From assembly GCA_973895155.1 (NCBI GenBank), contig OZ316892.1:26869233-26933232 (forward strand): DNA of 64,000 bases, in the 5' to 3' direction. The notes under the pieces were generated by a model. The model was not told the DNA's origin. It did no database searches and worked only from the letters and a program-made list of their open reading frames with translations. Both the position numbers and the translations under genes were made by a program. Positions within the stretch are counted from its first letter, which is position 1. The number at the start of each line of letters is the position of its first letter. The stretch comes from Marsupella aquatica. Lineage: Eukaryota; Plantae; Marchantiophyta. Of this stretch, positions 1 to 13,063 are shown piece after piece.

Positions 1-139
1 GTCTGCTTCAAAACTTCTGGCGTGTGTAACACGCATTAACAGTGGTTTTTCCCATATTTCGAAGTATTATGACAGTACCCTCGTGATAAACTTCTATTTA
101 TTTTTGATTTTTTAAATTGCATTGGTTTACGCTCTGTAG

Positions 140-2783
140 ATAACCTATGAAGATGGAGAGAAAGAAACTCTCGTTCTCTCGAATGAGAAGTACGAAATTA
201 TCGACAGTAGTAAGGCGATGAGGAAGGTATGTGACACTGCATTTCGTGTTAAACACGTGGCAGCCTATTCGTAGTCATCGGAGGAAGAAGAGCCAGAACC
301 TTTCTAAACACAATGTGAAATCGCTTACGAAGTTCCATTCAAATCATATGAAGACTGGAAATTCAAGAAATGATGTCACGCTTCCAAAAAGCATATATAT
401 TAGCTACTGTTTTCTAAGATGTGATGGAGATAGCTTCCATGCCCATTATTCGTGGAACTAAACAAGCAGTGCTGGATATATGTTGCACAGGAGATAGCAG
501 AGAAGCCACCCGCAACACCACCTACCAATCAGTATGGGTGTCTCAATTCAGTTTTGTTTGGTTTTACGTTCTTGAGTAAAATTGGAAGTTTTATGATTTG
601 TAGTCTAAAGCTACAGCAGTAAGGCAAGTAATGGTACCCATCTTCTGGTAACGTCATGTCTGGAAAGTAAACTTGTAAATTGAAATGTTATCAATTTGGA
701 TCTGCGTGATGTATCAGATCGGGAAAGCTGAAACGGAAAGCTGTCGACAATGGAAGTCAAAATTCAGGTCCTTTAGACAAGAAGTAAGGATGCCCTTTGA
801 TAACCGTTTGGTCTCTATACTTGTTGCACTGCCGCTGATTTTCCTTTAAATGAATTAATCTGGCCTCCTTGGGGATGGCTTAGTTGAACATTTGTACTTC
901 TTTTGCTTCTTGCCCAACAGCCTGTAATTATCTTCGAATCGTGTACGTGTTCTCTTCATTACTTCTTCTGACAGCAGTTTGGATTTTCGATAGGAGGGCT
1001 ATTACCAAAGCTGGGAAGGAAACAAGTGCTCAAACATTACAAGGGGTAGGTAGGGGCCTTGCACAAGCCAAGAGTGGCAGTCTGACAAGCCCGGCATCCA
1101 AAACTACGAAGAATACGGCATCGATTTCCGCTGGCCCTTTTGCATTCAGTGACGATGATGATGGCCCTGCAAGCGAAAAAGGAGGAAAGAAAGCTAAAAC
1201 GAACTCTGGTGAGGCCGCTGCTAAAGGTCAGTCAGTCATTGTAGCTTATCTTCACGTTTCCCAGCTATTAGCGAAGTCTTCCAGAAACTTTTAAGGAGTA
1301 GCATTTGAGTAATTCATTCGTTCATTCACCTGTCTTGGCAGCAAAGCCCGGGGTCGCAAAAGTTACAGAGGGGCTTTTCTCTTCTAGGAATGGTATCAAG
1401 AATTATAAGCTGCAAACCGCTAATTTAGAGCATGAAATTGTGTTCCATGGTGCCAGAATCTCGCAGTCACACCTCCAGGAAATGTCTTCTCTGCACCACG
1501 AGGATTGACAATTTTTTATTCCTGATTTCCTGAATAGAGGCACATTTGCTCTCTGATGTAGCATTGTCTCTTTCTGGATTCTCATTTGTATCCGGGATGG
1601 TTGTTTCGCAGGTTCAGGTATGACAATCAGGGTTAAGAGGAGCCACGAAGGGACACCCAAAGAGAGTTCAGAAAAGCTGAAAGAGAAATCGTCAGAGAGA
1701 TTTACAGAGAAGCTGAAAGAGAAGGTGGGTGCAGGCAAGCAGAAAGAGAAGCCAGCAGAAAAGGTGGTGGAGATTGAAAAGGCAAAGGGAAAAATTGAAA
1801 AAGTCAAAGAAAAGATGCAGCTTGAGAAGGCAAAAGCAGCTAAGGCAGCAGACAACAATAAGAGGCTCGTTGAGAAAGGGGAACTTGAGAAGTTGAAGTG
1901 CTTATCTAACAGTGAGAAGCCCAAAGAAGCCGCCAAGGCAGAAGGAAACAAAGTCAAGGGAAAAGAGGACAGTGAGAAACCCAGGGCCAAGGGTGAGGAA
2001 GTCTCCAAGGGGAAGGGGGAAGGTGACGCATCAAAGGTGAAGGGTGACTTGGGGAAATCCAATGCTCAGGGCGGCGACAGTGAGATCTCGAAGAGGAAGA
2101 TGGATACTGAGAAATCAGCAGCCAAGGTGGACGTTGAGAGAACTAATGCTAAGGTGGACACCGACAAACGAAAATCCAAGGTGGATGCAGAGAAAACAAA
2201 CACAAAGGTCGACAATGAGAAACCAAAAGCTAAGGCCGACAGTGAGAAACCAAAGGCAAAGGCCGACAGTGAGAAACCGCAAGTTCAGGGTGATACTCAG
2301 AAATCGAATGTAAGGGTTGTGAAGGAAAAGCCGGAAGGAAAATCAGAGGGGGAAACAGAAAAGCCCAAAGCGAAGGCACAGGAAGAAAAGTCAAATAAGG
2401 AGGCGGAAGCTGGAATACCGAAAGAGAAGGCTGATATTGAAACGCAGAAAGAGAAAGACGAGGAAAAGACACCAACTGAGGACCTGCCAGAAAGGATTGT
2501 GCAGCCCCCAGTTGAGGCTGCTGTTGCTCGTGAGACTGAAGCTGTAATAGGATCAGAGTCAGCGGGACTGACAAAAGAGGAAGGCAATTCTGAAAAGAAG
2601 ACCGCGCAGGTAACAGAGAAGAAAGATGCAGCAGAGGCAGAGGAAGTCATAGCAGCAGAAAAGCAAGAGGGTGTTTCTACGAAGGATGTTGCAGAATCCA
2701 AGAAAGAAGCAGTAGAATCTACGAAAGCTGCAACAGAATCTAAGAAAGATGACGATGATGATGAGCCGTCGGTAAGAATCTAA
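140..2783 (+). CDS. 3' part of a Tudor-domain, PDS5-like gene (starts upstream of the window). Exons 140-226, 491-531, 718-783, 994-1226, 1612-2783
   Basis: AG/GT-bounded exons join in phase. First exon ITYEDGEKETLVLSNEKYEII resembles the end of the plant PDS5 Tudor domain (YDDGDxExLxLxxExW), followed by a long K/E-rich low-complexity tail ending in TAA at 2783. Confidence 0.6.
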
Positions 2784-5700
2784 CTCAGTTTTGGGCAGAA
2801 AGTTTTAGCTTATCAGATGTGCCGTTTAAAAACTGAAGCGAGAGGAATGTGAAGTGTAAGAAATTATTATTTTGTCCTCCCCGTTTGTACCCATTCGTTC
2901 CGATTGGTCACGATCAGCCGACAGGGGTTCCGTATTAGGTCTTACTCACTTGGTAAGAAAAGATTGAAACTGTAATTCCAAATCTACGCAAAGTAAAAGC
3001 AAAGGAGTATCGAAGCATCACGTAGACAGGAGGATTCCAGGCGAAGAACCTGGTTTGATCTGCTTTGGGTAAAATTCAAACAATTAAGATTTGCAAGGCG
3101 AGCACATTTGAGATCGAAATTTCTGTGCATCTGGAGTCTGAACGAAAATCACAGCCGCTGCGCTATATGGCACGCGAAAGCATTTTCAGTGAAGTCAATA
3201 AAGTGATTTAGCAAATGTTCTCATTAGTCAGAATATCAGTCTGAGGATTCTTCTGTGATGCAGGAAACATGGAGGAGTCGCAGACGAAAGTTGCATTGAT
3301 TTGATTTGAACCATTTAGACTGCATAATGTGTTGGAGCCGCGCATATAGGGCCATTTCCTTTTGTAGAGTTCTTGTACGTTAGCGTGCATCACATCCTCT
3401 CCTTGTAATTTTTGATGTATTTGTAGAATAGATTAATATTGGGGACGCCCTCAGGGTATTAATCTGGTAGAGTCGAGTCAGTGCCCCACCTGTCTCTAGT
3501 TTGTGAATGCTGACTGGACGGACGTGAACGCAGTTCTCTGAAAGGTTAGCCACTACCAGAGTCTTGTTTAAACTTTAGCGGGGTTCAGTCAAATTTAGAT
3601 TAGTTGAGTAAACCCAATTTCTGAACGAGATATTTGCAAGAGCATCTTCTCCATCATTTTGTTGGGATGAATCTCTTATCCAAGACGCTTCTTTTGAATG
3701 ATCCTACAACTTCTATGTGAATGGGGACAGACTTACATCCTGTTACGTCTGAGTTCAATTATTGGTTTGTGATGCACACAAAGAGAAGATGCCTGCCAAG
3801 TTACTACCACCACTGCCTCAAGTTTTATGTTTTAATACTAACATTAGTAAAACAAGAAAAAAGAAGAAAATCTGAATATTGGTTTCTTTCTCATTTTGGG
3901 ATTGAAACTCAGCTATAGGTGTTCTGGATTGCCGTTGGTAAAAATTCTCATTTCCAAGCGATAGGAAACAATAGTAGTTACTACGCAAAATATGTGTGCT
4001 GACAATCCCCCGTGACTTATTGCAAGAGTTTGACATCGTTCCAAGATCAGGAACAGCTTGGCAACTAGTCCTCCTGGGTTGTGGATATTTGTGTGACAAA
4101 TTATGTCAAACTGGGAGATTGACTTCATGCGTTTGAATTTGCTGCAGTCATCGGTAGCTGGAACGGGACCTTAATTTATTTGAGACTTGGATCCATTCAA
4201 AGTGCTTCGCTGGCGCTGATGATCACAATATCCATGGTGGTTGTCAGTCAGGTCAATTGCTGTTATTGGTGAGGGCTCTGGTATAACATGATTTGTGACA
4301 AAGCAGGTGCACAGTTTGGCTGTGGCACTTCAAGAACGGCTCCAGTGTATTATTACCACAGTGAATCATGTATGAGTTGACTGGATGCGTAAGTATCGGT
4401 TCGGTTTTTTATTTTGACCCTGCTCATGTACGGAGCTTGTTGAACAGTACTTATTTAGTCAGTGTAAAACATCCGTAGGTCCACTTCATACCAGCTGCTA
4501 CAAGCATCCTCCTGTCGTTTTCTGGTGTTGGGCAAACGGACAATTGTTTCTAAGGGCCTGCTTGGTCTCTGCTGTGTGAACAATAATAACCTGCATTCCG
4601 AGCTCTCCTGTCAACCGTCCTTGACATTGCACTGAAGCTCTACCTGGCAGTAGTCAGTTGGTCCATGCATCGTTCACTCTTGCTCGTTTGGTGGCTCCTG
4701 TATCGTTGGCTTTTTGGGAGCAATGGTAGATATTTACTGAAGGTCTGATTTGCAAGCTGTACTGTTTTAATAGTGTTCGGGGATGAGATGTCGAGAGACA
4801 CTTGCTGAATGTTATTCGGCCGTTTCTGTCTGGCAGTTCTCTCCAAGTAGACGAAACTACATCTCAGCTGCGGATCTGATCTGGTGCAAATCAGATCTGT
4901 AGAGTGTCAAGCTTTGATCTTGTCTGTATATTTGTATGTACGTGAGCCCCCTCAAGTTCTTGGTCCTTGAGGATTTACAATTTTGAGGCTTGACAGGAAG
5001 GATCATTCATGCGTAGTAGGATAGGTCAGAGTTCAAGTGTCACTATAGCTAGAGGAATTACTTAGGAATGAGTAGACAGTTAGATCGCTGAGAACTGGTA
5101 GATTATCTCTAATTATTTAAAAGTGGGACTATTTCAAGTCCAACGAGGGTTGTGTTTGTGATTCTCGTGAATGAGCTACCTTACCTATTTGCGGGATCAG
5201 ATGTGGATTCATTATCAGTGGTATGTACGCATGGCTGTCTATTTTGGGTACACACAAACATTGGCATCATAGGCATAAGCTTCACACGGACTTAAATTTT
5301 GGTCCATACCTTCGTTATTACTATTTCTGCTGATGTACGTCATAAAGCATCGTTAGTGCCAGAAAAATGTTTTTCTGTGAAGGGCTCCAGCGAGTTTGTA
5401 GCAATACTGCGCTGGAAAATAAAATCCAATCTGAGCTGTGTTTCTTGGTCAGTAATGTGACTTCTGCTGGGTCTCTTGACATCTGGTAATTAGCTTGCGC
5501 ATTGTTTTCTTCTCTCCGAGGCTGACTGGTTATCGTCTGCCATTGTAAGGGACCCCTGTTTTGATGAGTAGCCTGAAAGTTTACTACAGGAGCATGGTTG
5601 CGACTGTCATGAAACATGCCAGAAGGAACCTTTAAGATGAATGAGCTTCCTTACCTTTCACCTGGTCCAAATGCCACTCGAGAGCATTGCACGTCCTAAG

Positions 5701-5958
5701 TCTGTGAAACTAGTTCAGTACCTTGAGTGTTCACCATTCATCGTCGATTGTTTTCAAATACGGTTGTGCACTTATGATTTGCGAGGTGATTTGCATGTTT
5801 TTCACAAATTTGTTCCAGGCTCCAATTTATCTGCACATAATTCGACTTTCACTATTTATGTTTGGGTGTAGCTCTTGGATCTGGACGTAACAAAATCAGT
5901 TCAGTTATGACATCCTTAATTTGAGCACAAGTATTTCCTGGATGCACCATTTGGGAAC

Positions 5959-6170
5959 ACCCTGAGTTAAATCTACGCTAAGTTAATGCTGTCCAAGATT
6001 AGTAGGCCACCGTACGCTGCCCGTCCCTAAGCCCAATGTAGCCTGCCCGCTAAACCAAAGGATGACGGGTTTATGTTTTGGCATGGATGACGGAACCTTT
6101 CCGTCCCCGTCTGTCGTTTCAAAATCTGGGCAGGAGAGTGCCCAGCCAACTCTGCGGTCTCCCACTCTCG
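5959..6170 (+). repeat. MULE-1 left TIR (pairs with ~24830-25033; patchy inverted homology continues to ~6620 / ~24440)
   Basis: Reverse-complement match by eye with a few substitutions and indels; also 6250-6271 vs 24665-24737 and 6540-6622 vs 24477-24561. Confidence 0.9.
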
Positions 6171-9100
6171 CTCCCACTGTCAACCCTGCACTTCTGTTTC
6201 ACACACACCAAGGAGCGCACGAACATTGGGGTTGCACAAGAAAGCACAGGAGCGCGCAGGAGTGCACGAACATTTGCTTTGGTCAGATCCTTCAATCCTG
6301 ACATTGCAATCTGCCTCATCTTTATAGTGAAATCATTCATACACACATAGAAGTCCGGAACCAACACATCGACATTTCCTGCTTAGGTATACTTTATGTG
6401 ATTCCGCATCTTTTATGTTTTGTTCGAGTTCATGTTCTGCATGCATTGAGTTGTGGATGTATCTTTTAGGCTTACAGTTTATGTTCTGCAACATGTTCAA
6501 ACAGGACTATAGAGATTCCGACATTGACATGGACATTCCGGATTTCTCGCAGATAATGTCGCCTCGCTCAGTGCATTTCTAGTCTGTAGTTTGCGTTTTG
6601 CCTTTTCTGTTATTCATAGGCTTGGCTCATTCCAATGAGCCAACATGCATGGGAAGATCTTCAGAACCCTCGGCTTGGGAAATTCTCATCTACAGACCTT
6701 GCTTGGAGCCCTCACGACGAGGCTATCATCCCGTGGAACCGTTTGTCAGATTTCAAGGATGGTGAGGGTAGAAGGGATCCCAAAGTTGAAACCTCTTTCC
6801 ATATTAGATCTTCAAGGAAATCACCTTCAGAAAACACACACTGGGTCGAATACAAAATATTTTGGTGTTCCTATGGGCCCCAAGAAGAAGACTCGCAGAG
6901 TGTAATTGTTCCTCCACTGCCAGGAACAAAACCAAAGTCAGGTGTTGGCAGTAGACATAGATTACGGAAAATAGCATTCAACAATCATGCAAAGCGTGGA
7001 TGTCAATGCCACTTCACTGCCCACAGGATGAGATCTAATCCTCATGCGTGCCAAATCTCTTACAAATTCAGGTACGGACTGAATGGGGGCATTGTTGTAA
7101 TTCAAACCAGAAATTGCTCGATTCCAAGTATGCTAGTCTTTGTATGCTATACCGAATTGGTATGTGATGGTTTGCGTTTTGCCTTGTATGCGAACCTCAT
7201 TGTCACACTTGGATTGCATTGTACGGGTTAGCGTTCTGCCTCGTATGCGAACCTCACTATCATGCTTGGATTGTATTGTACGGGTTTGCGTTCAGTCTAT
7301 CTTTGAATTGCAGAGAGCATTGCAACCAAAGAGGGCAATTTGTGCATGGCGATTGGGATCCACAATTGGGCCCCCCCGCTTGGGGACCAAAATGCTCTAC
7401 TGCCCCATGGCTAACCACTGAGCTCCAAAAGCACCTTGAGGATTTGCTCAGGGCAGGGTGGTCTGTCCTTGACATCTATGATCTCCACTGTCAGTCGCAA
7501 TTTGAAAGAGATGGCCATGATCGTGGTCACAATGTCATTGACCCAACTGTCACACTCACTTTTGATGGGCGACCTGGTTTCTAAACAAGACCTCCGAAAC
7601 CTAAAATGAAAAGTTGATAAGGAGACCTGGTTATGGACTGACAATGACCAGGCCTCAATGCGTAAATGGATTGCATTGTATCCTGAAAGAGTGCTACTCT
7701 CTCAGGAGTACATGGAGGGTCCTCCAAAACAGGAATTCATGCTTTCATTGCAATCCCCTTGGCAAAGGGCTCAGATGATGCAGCTTTCGCATGGATCAGT
7801 CTTGGCGTTGGATTCTACGTTTGCCACTAATAAATATGGGGTCAGGGCACTATTTGCTTTCGTTGAAGATTCTGCCTCTCAATACTATGAGCTTTAAGTT
7901 TAGGTTCACCTATTCCCCTCACAAGTTATTTGTATTTTGTGTCTTCTCATTGCATGTATGGTGTGTTAGAGTTAATGTTCTGCCTCTCAGTGGGACCTTT
8001 GTGTTGTCTCCACTTTAACTGCATTTGTGTATTACGGTTAATGTTCTGGTTTCTATTTGATATTTCTAAGGTTGTGTTTAATGTTCTAAGGTTGTGTTTA
8101 ATGTTCTAATTTCTGTTTTGTGGTGCGGGTGCAGTTTCCTTTCTTCACCCTTGTTGCTTTTGATCAACACCAGATGGGATTACCCATTGCATGGTGTATC
8201 CAACAGTCCGAATCAGCAGAACACATTGGCACTTTTTTTAAGGTCGTTAAGGATAGTGCACTGGCAGTCAACCCAAGTTGGAGTCCTAGTTGCTTCATCA
8301 TTGACTGTGCTCAGGCCAAAGTCAGTGCCTTGAAAGCAGTTTTCCCAAATATCCCCATCTATTTTTGCAGCTGGCATGTGAGACGGTATGTACTTGCCCA
8401 AGAATTGTTATATTACTTATAAGTCATGGGTCCTAGTTTACGTTCTGCTACATTTACTCATGTGTTGGAGTCTATGTTCTGGTTGTGGTATTGTAGTGTT
8501 GTAGTTTTGGTTCTGGCAGATTCACTGACATGCTCCTTTTGGCATATAGAGCTTGGAAGGAGAATTTAATTAAGACTGTACCAAATAGGACCAAGCTGCT
8601 AGACATGAACGATGATCTGGGGGATCTGATGTATGCAGCTCCTACTGAGGAAGACATGCATGTCAAGTGGCGAGCCTTCCAAGCAAAGTACCACACAGAA
8701 CAACGATTCTTAGCATATTTTGAAGACACTTGGATGCACAGAACAGGTTATTGTTCTACCCACCCCTGTTCATTTTCCCCTTGGAATCACTTTACCTGGT
8801 CTCTTTGGAATTTGTTCATGTTGTGGGCTAATGATGTTACATTGCATGGTGTTTTAATTACAACGAAGTGGATGAGAGTTGTCAGAGACATGCCTCGTGC
8901 TAACCAGAACACAAACGGTGCAATTGAGGCCTGGCATTTGACGTTGAAGAAGATGATCAAGAGAAATATTGGATCCATTGGAGCTCTGCGTCTCGATAGG
9001 GTTGTGAATGCTTTGTTCCAGGTCATGCTTTCTTTCTTTTGGTACCAGCTTCAGTGCAAAGCCAGAGTGAGGGTCATTAATTATAGAAAGGAAGAGGTGG

Positions 9101-9437
9101 TCCTTAATAGCTTGCATAAGGCTATGCACCACATGACAAACCACCAGATTTCATTTCCACATCCAGGCTTGCCCAACCTGTTGAGCATAGACGACGATCG
9201 CAACGGCAAGCCCATGAACCATCCAACGCACAATAGTCGACACAAGAGATACGTGGTTCACCTCCTTGAGGCTACGTCCACGGGAACACACAAGAGAGCT
9301 TTACTGAACTCTAAGCCCGTCGGCTATACCGAGTCTCCACAGTGTAAGCTCTCCCTATCTCTCAAGTGGCTCCATAACAATGAGCCTTGGTTCTACCTCT
9401 CCAAGCACACATGCCTCTTATGATATAGTGTGCAACT

Positions 9438-9562
9438 TAGTTGTACCTAACCACATAGTTGTACCTAATTACGTAGTTGTACCTAACCACATAGTTGTAC
9501 CTAATCACGTAGTTGTACCTAACCACGTAGTTGTACCAACCCACGTTGTTGTACCAACCACG
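9438..9562. repeat. ~7 x 18-bp tandem repeat (TAGTTGTACCTAACCACR) in LTR U3; second copy 15064-15188
   Basis: Directly visible in both LTRs. Confidence 0.95.
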
Positions 9563-9790
9563 TCATACCTAACCTAGACGTAAGAGTAAATACCCAACAA
9601 TCTTCCCCTTGACTCTGGTCTAGGGGAGAGTAATACTGCCAATGTATATGATCCCTCAGCGGGAAGTTCTGGACAGAAACCAAACCGGTTTCCCTCTCTA
9701 ACTAGAGCAAACCAGAACTAAGCCGTAGCCTAATACATAGGAATGAGGAAGAGCATATATCAGTAATTACAATGAATGTTTAAGAAAACT

Positions 9791-12700
9791 CTACTTGTGA
9801 TGCAATTGCAAAACCTGCAATACGTCACGGTGTCTAGAGAAACTCTCCAAAGGAATCACTTTGGTAAATGCGTCAGCCGGGTTGAGTTTACCATCAATCT
9901 TGACTAGCTCAAACAAATTATCAGACACAGCCTGCCTGATAAAATGGTACCTGACGTCAATGTGCTTCACTCTGCTGTCCATCACCTGGTTCACAGCAAG
10001 GTGGAACGCACTTTGACTATCACAATGGAGCTTCACATTCCCCTGTGGCAATCCCATTTCAGTGATAAGTCTATCCAACCAAATCGCTTCCTTTGCTGCT
10101 TCCGCAGCTGCAACATACTCCGCTTCTGTAGTAGACTGAGCAATACACTTCTGCAAAGTAGACCTCCAACTTATGCATCCACCGCCAAGTGTGAACACGT
10201 ATCCTGTTGTTGATCTCCTTCGGTCCAAATCTTGTCCATAGTCAGAATCTACATAGCCAATCAATGATCTAGCATTCTTTGCATTCGCATCAAATAAAAG
10301 ACCATGATCCACGGTACCCTTCAAGTACCTGATAATCCACTTCACTGCTTCCCAGTGTACCTTCCCTGGATTCGACATGTACCTGCTCACCTTGCCCATA
10401 GCCATGGCAAGATCAGGTCTAGTGCAAGTCATCAAATACATGAGACTCCCCACTGCCTTGTCATATGGAACCTTTGACATCAACCCCTTCTCTGTGTCAT
10501 CCGTAGGACAGAACGCTGATGATAACTTGAAGTGTGGAGCCAACGGGGTACTTACTGGCTTGCTATTCTCCATGTTGAACCTTGCAATTACCTTCCTCGC
10601 ATAACTGCTCTGCGTCAACCATAGCTTGCCAGCCTCCAAGTCCCTAGTGATCTCCATACCCAAAATCCTCTTAGCTGGCCCTAAGTCCTTCATCTTAAAC
10701 TCTGCACTAAGCAGTGCCTTGAGTTTAACAATCTCAGACCTATCCTTGGCTGCAATTAGCATGTCATCCACATAAAGTACTAAAATAATGAACCCAAAGA
10801 CAACATTCTTCACCGGTTTCAAATACACACAAGGGTCAAATACACTTCTGTGAAAACCTTGTGACCGAATCCAATCGTCAAACCGCTTGTTCCACTGTCT
10901 TGGTGACTGCTTCAACCCATACAAGGATTTCAGCAATCTACAAACCAATTCCTCCTGTCCTCTCTTCACAAAACCTAGCGGTTGTCTCATGAAGATCACC
11001 TCTTCCAATGTGCCATAGAGGAAAGCTGTGACAACATCCATCTGATCTAGGAGCAGACCAAACATTACAACAAGTACACACAATAGTCGTATTGTAGAGT
11101 ACTTAGCAACTGGTGAGAAGACCTCATTGTAATCCACACCTTTCTCTTGTGTGAATCCCTTTGCTACCAATCTAGCCTTGTAGACCTTCGATCCACCTCC
11201 TATGGAATTATCCTTCAGCTTGTAAATCCACTTGCTGTCCACCACTTGCTGACCCTTAGGCAGCTTAACAAGCTCCCAAGTTTTGTTGTCCTTTAGTGAC
11301 TGCATCTCCGTTTGCATTGCTGCAGTCCACTTCTGCTTCTCTTTTGAAGCACTTGCCTCATGAAATGAAGAAGGTTCTCCTTCTTCCAAAATTAACGCAT
11401 CACCCTCATCATCAGCTGTAAAATCATCCTCTTGCAGTTGAGATGAATCAACCCACTGTCCATACCTTGATGGAGCGCGTACAGTGCGACCAGATGTTCT
11501 TCTAGCCGATGACTCCGGTTGATCTGCGTGTGCTGGTACAATTTGAAGCTCAACAGCATCCACTTGTTGCTCACCAGCATCAACAAACTCCTCTGGTTCC
11601 TCTGGCATAGGAACCAGCTCCATAATTGGAGCAACTCCTTCTCTCCGGTCATGCACCTCATAACCAATCTCCCCCTCAACGAGATCCGGGATAGGAGATT
11701 TTCCTTTGTCAGTACGGGAGACCTGAGTATTCTCCCCCTCCTTCAATAATCTGGATTCATTGAAGGAAACATCCCTACTGACAACGAGCTTACAGGCAAT
11801 AGGATCCCATAGCCTATAGGCTTTCACACCACTCTGGTACCCAAGAAAAACACATTTCCTGGAGGTAGGATCCAACTTGGTCCTATTCTGCTTTGGTGTG
11901 AGAGCATATGCATCACTTCCAAAAATTACCAAGCCATGATAGTCTGCTTGCCGCTTATAGCGCATCTCAAACGGCGTTTTGAAATTGATAGCACTAGAAG
12001 GAGAAAGATTTACCAAATAAGCTGCGGTATTGACAGCTTCTGCCCAAAATTCTTGTGGTAAACCTGATTGGCTCAACATACTCCGTGACCGCTCCAACAG
12101 TGTCCGATTGAGCCTCTCAGCGACACCATTCTGCTGCGGAGTATAAACTGTGGTGAGATGGCGAGTTATCCCCTGTTCTGAACAGTACTCTTCAAATTCC
12201 ATTGAAGTGTACTCCCCACCGTTGTCTGACCTCAGACTCTTCACCCTTGTATCCAAACACTTGATCGTGTTTCCAGTCTGATTCTCCACCTGGGCCTTCC
12301 ACTTCTTAAAAATGGACAAGACATCAGACTTATGCGTCATGAAATAAATCCACACAAATCTTGAGTAATCATCAATAAATGATACATAGTACAACTTTCC
12401 AGAGTGTGAGGGAGTCGGGGATGGACCCCACACGTCACTATGTATGTACTCAAGAACCGCTTTGGAACGATGAGTTCCAACACCAAAAGCACGACGATGC
12501 TGCTTTCCAAGAATGCAATGCTCACAAAACTCTAATTTACAAGATTGCAAATCAGAAATGAGTCCATTCTTCCGTAAGATAGCCAAACCCTTCTCACTCA
12601 TGTGGCCTAGCCGTGAATGCCACAGTTGAGTCATCTCCTCGTGAGACTTGGTTACATTGGCCTCTCCACATACAGTATTGCCCTGTAACACATACAAATT

Positions 12701-13063
12701 CTTTTGTCTACTCCCCTTCAAAATCACTGTCTCTCCCGACCTGACTTGAAGTTCACCATCAATAACGCTCCATTGATGACCATTTGAATCCAACACACCG
12801 AGTGAAATCAGATTCTTACGCATGCCAGGTACATACCTGACTCCGGACACTGTGCGCACAGCGCCATCAAACATTTGAATCTTCACAGACCCAATTCCCT
12901 CAATTTGACAGGAGTGATCATTTCCCATCAGAACTGAACCGTTTGAAACAGAGTAAGAACTGAAAAACTCACGAATGTAACAAATATGAAAAGAGCAAGC
13001 ACAATCAAGAATCCACACATCATCTGCTCTCCTAGATGACGTGCACAGGGCATACCCCCGGCT
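9791..13063 (-). CDS. pol: Copia Pol (protease, GAG-pre-integrase, integrase, RT, RNase H)
   Basis: Uninterrupted ORF with WILDCACSFH, WHSRLGH..CEHC, IHSDVWGP, LRSDNGGEY, QNGVAER, YKARLVAKGF, LYVDDML, YVDSD, KHIDVRYHFIR. Confidence 0.97.
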   Translation of the reverse strand, partial: SRGYALCTSSRRADDVWILDCACSFHICYIREFFSSYSVSNGSVLMGNDHSCQIEGIGSVKIQMFDGAVRTVSGVRYVPGMRKNLISLGVLDSNGHQWSVIDGELQVRSGETVILKGSRQKNLYVLQGNTVCGEANVTKSHEEMTQLWHSRLGHMSEKGLAILRKNGLISDLQSCKLEFCEHCILGKQHRRAFGVGTHRSKAVLEYIHSDVWGPSPTPSHSGKLYYVSFIDDYSRFVWIYFMTHKSDVLSIFKKWKAQVENQTGNTIKCLDTRVKSLRSDNGGEYTSMEFEEYCSEQGITRHLTTVYTPQQNGVAERLNRTLLERSRSMLSQSGLPQEFWAEAVNTAAYLVNLSPSSAINFKTPFEMRYKRQADYHGLVIFGSDAYALTPKQNRTKLDPTSRKCVFLGYQSGVKAYRLWDPIACKLVVSRDVSFNESRLLKEGENTQVSRTDKGKSPIPDLVEGEIGYEVHDRREGVAPIMELVPMPEEPEEFVDAGEQQVDAVELQIVPAHADQPESSARRTSGRTVRAPSRYGQWVDSSQLQEDDFTADDEGDALILEEGEPSSFHEASASKEKQKWTAAMQTEMQSLKDNKTWELVKLPKGQQVVDSKWIYKLKDNSIGGGSKVYKARLVAKGFTQEKGVDYNEVFSPVAKYSTIRLLCVLVVMFGLLLDQMDVVTAFLYGTLEEVIFMRQPLGFVKRGQEELVCRLLKSLYGLKQSPRQWNKRFDDWIRSQGFHRSVFDPCVYLKPVKNVVFGFIILVLYVDDMLIAAKDRSEIVKLKALLSAEFKMKDLGPAKRILGMEITRDLEAGKLWLTQSSYARKVIARFNMENSKPVSTPLAPHFKLSSAFCPTDDTEKGLMSKVPYDKAVGSLMYLMTCTRPDLAMAMGKVSRYMSNPGKVHWEAVKWIIRYLKGTVDHGLLFDANAKNARSLIGYVDSDYGQDLDRRRSTTGYVFTLGGGCISWRSTLQKCIAQSTTEAEYVAAAEAAKEAIWLDRLITEMGLPQGNVKLHCDSQSAFHLAVNQVMDSRVKHIDVRYHFIRQAVSDNLFELVKIDGKLNPADAFTKVIPLESFSRHRDVLQVLQLHHK

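Noticed and set aside
3400-5900. Possible gene between the PDS5-like gene and MULE-1
   Set aside because: Only short ORFs, with no recognisable domain or consistent exon chain.
8530-9423. 297-aa ORF as a real protein
   Set aside because: Chimera of transposase exons, an intron and Copia LTR sequence read through in frame.
9438-9562. AGTTGTAC in the Copia LTR repeat recalls the VANC6 target motif (from memory)
   Set aside because: An 8-bp match in an unrelated element class and lineage, and not the motif enriched in the host MULE; probably coincidence.
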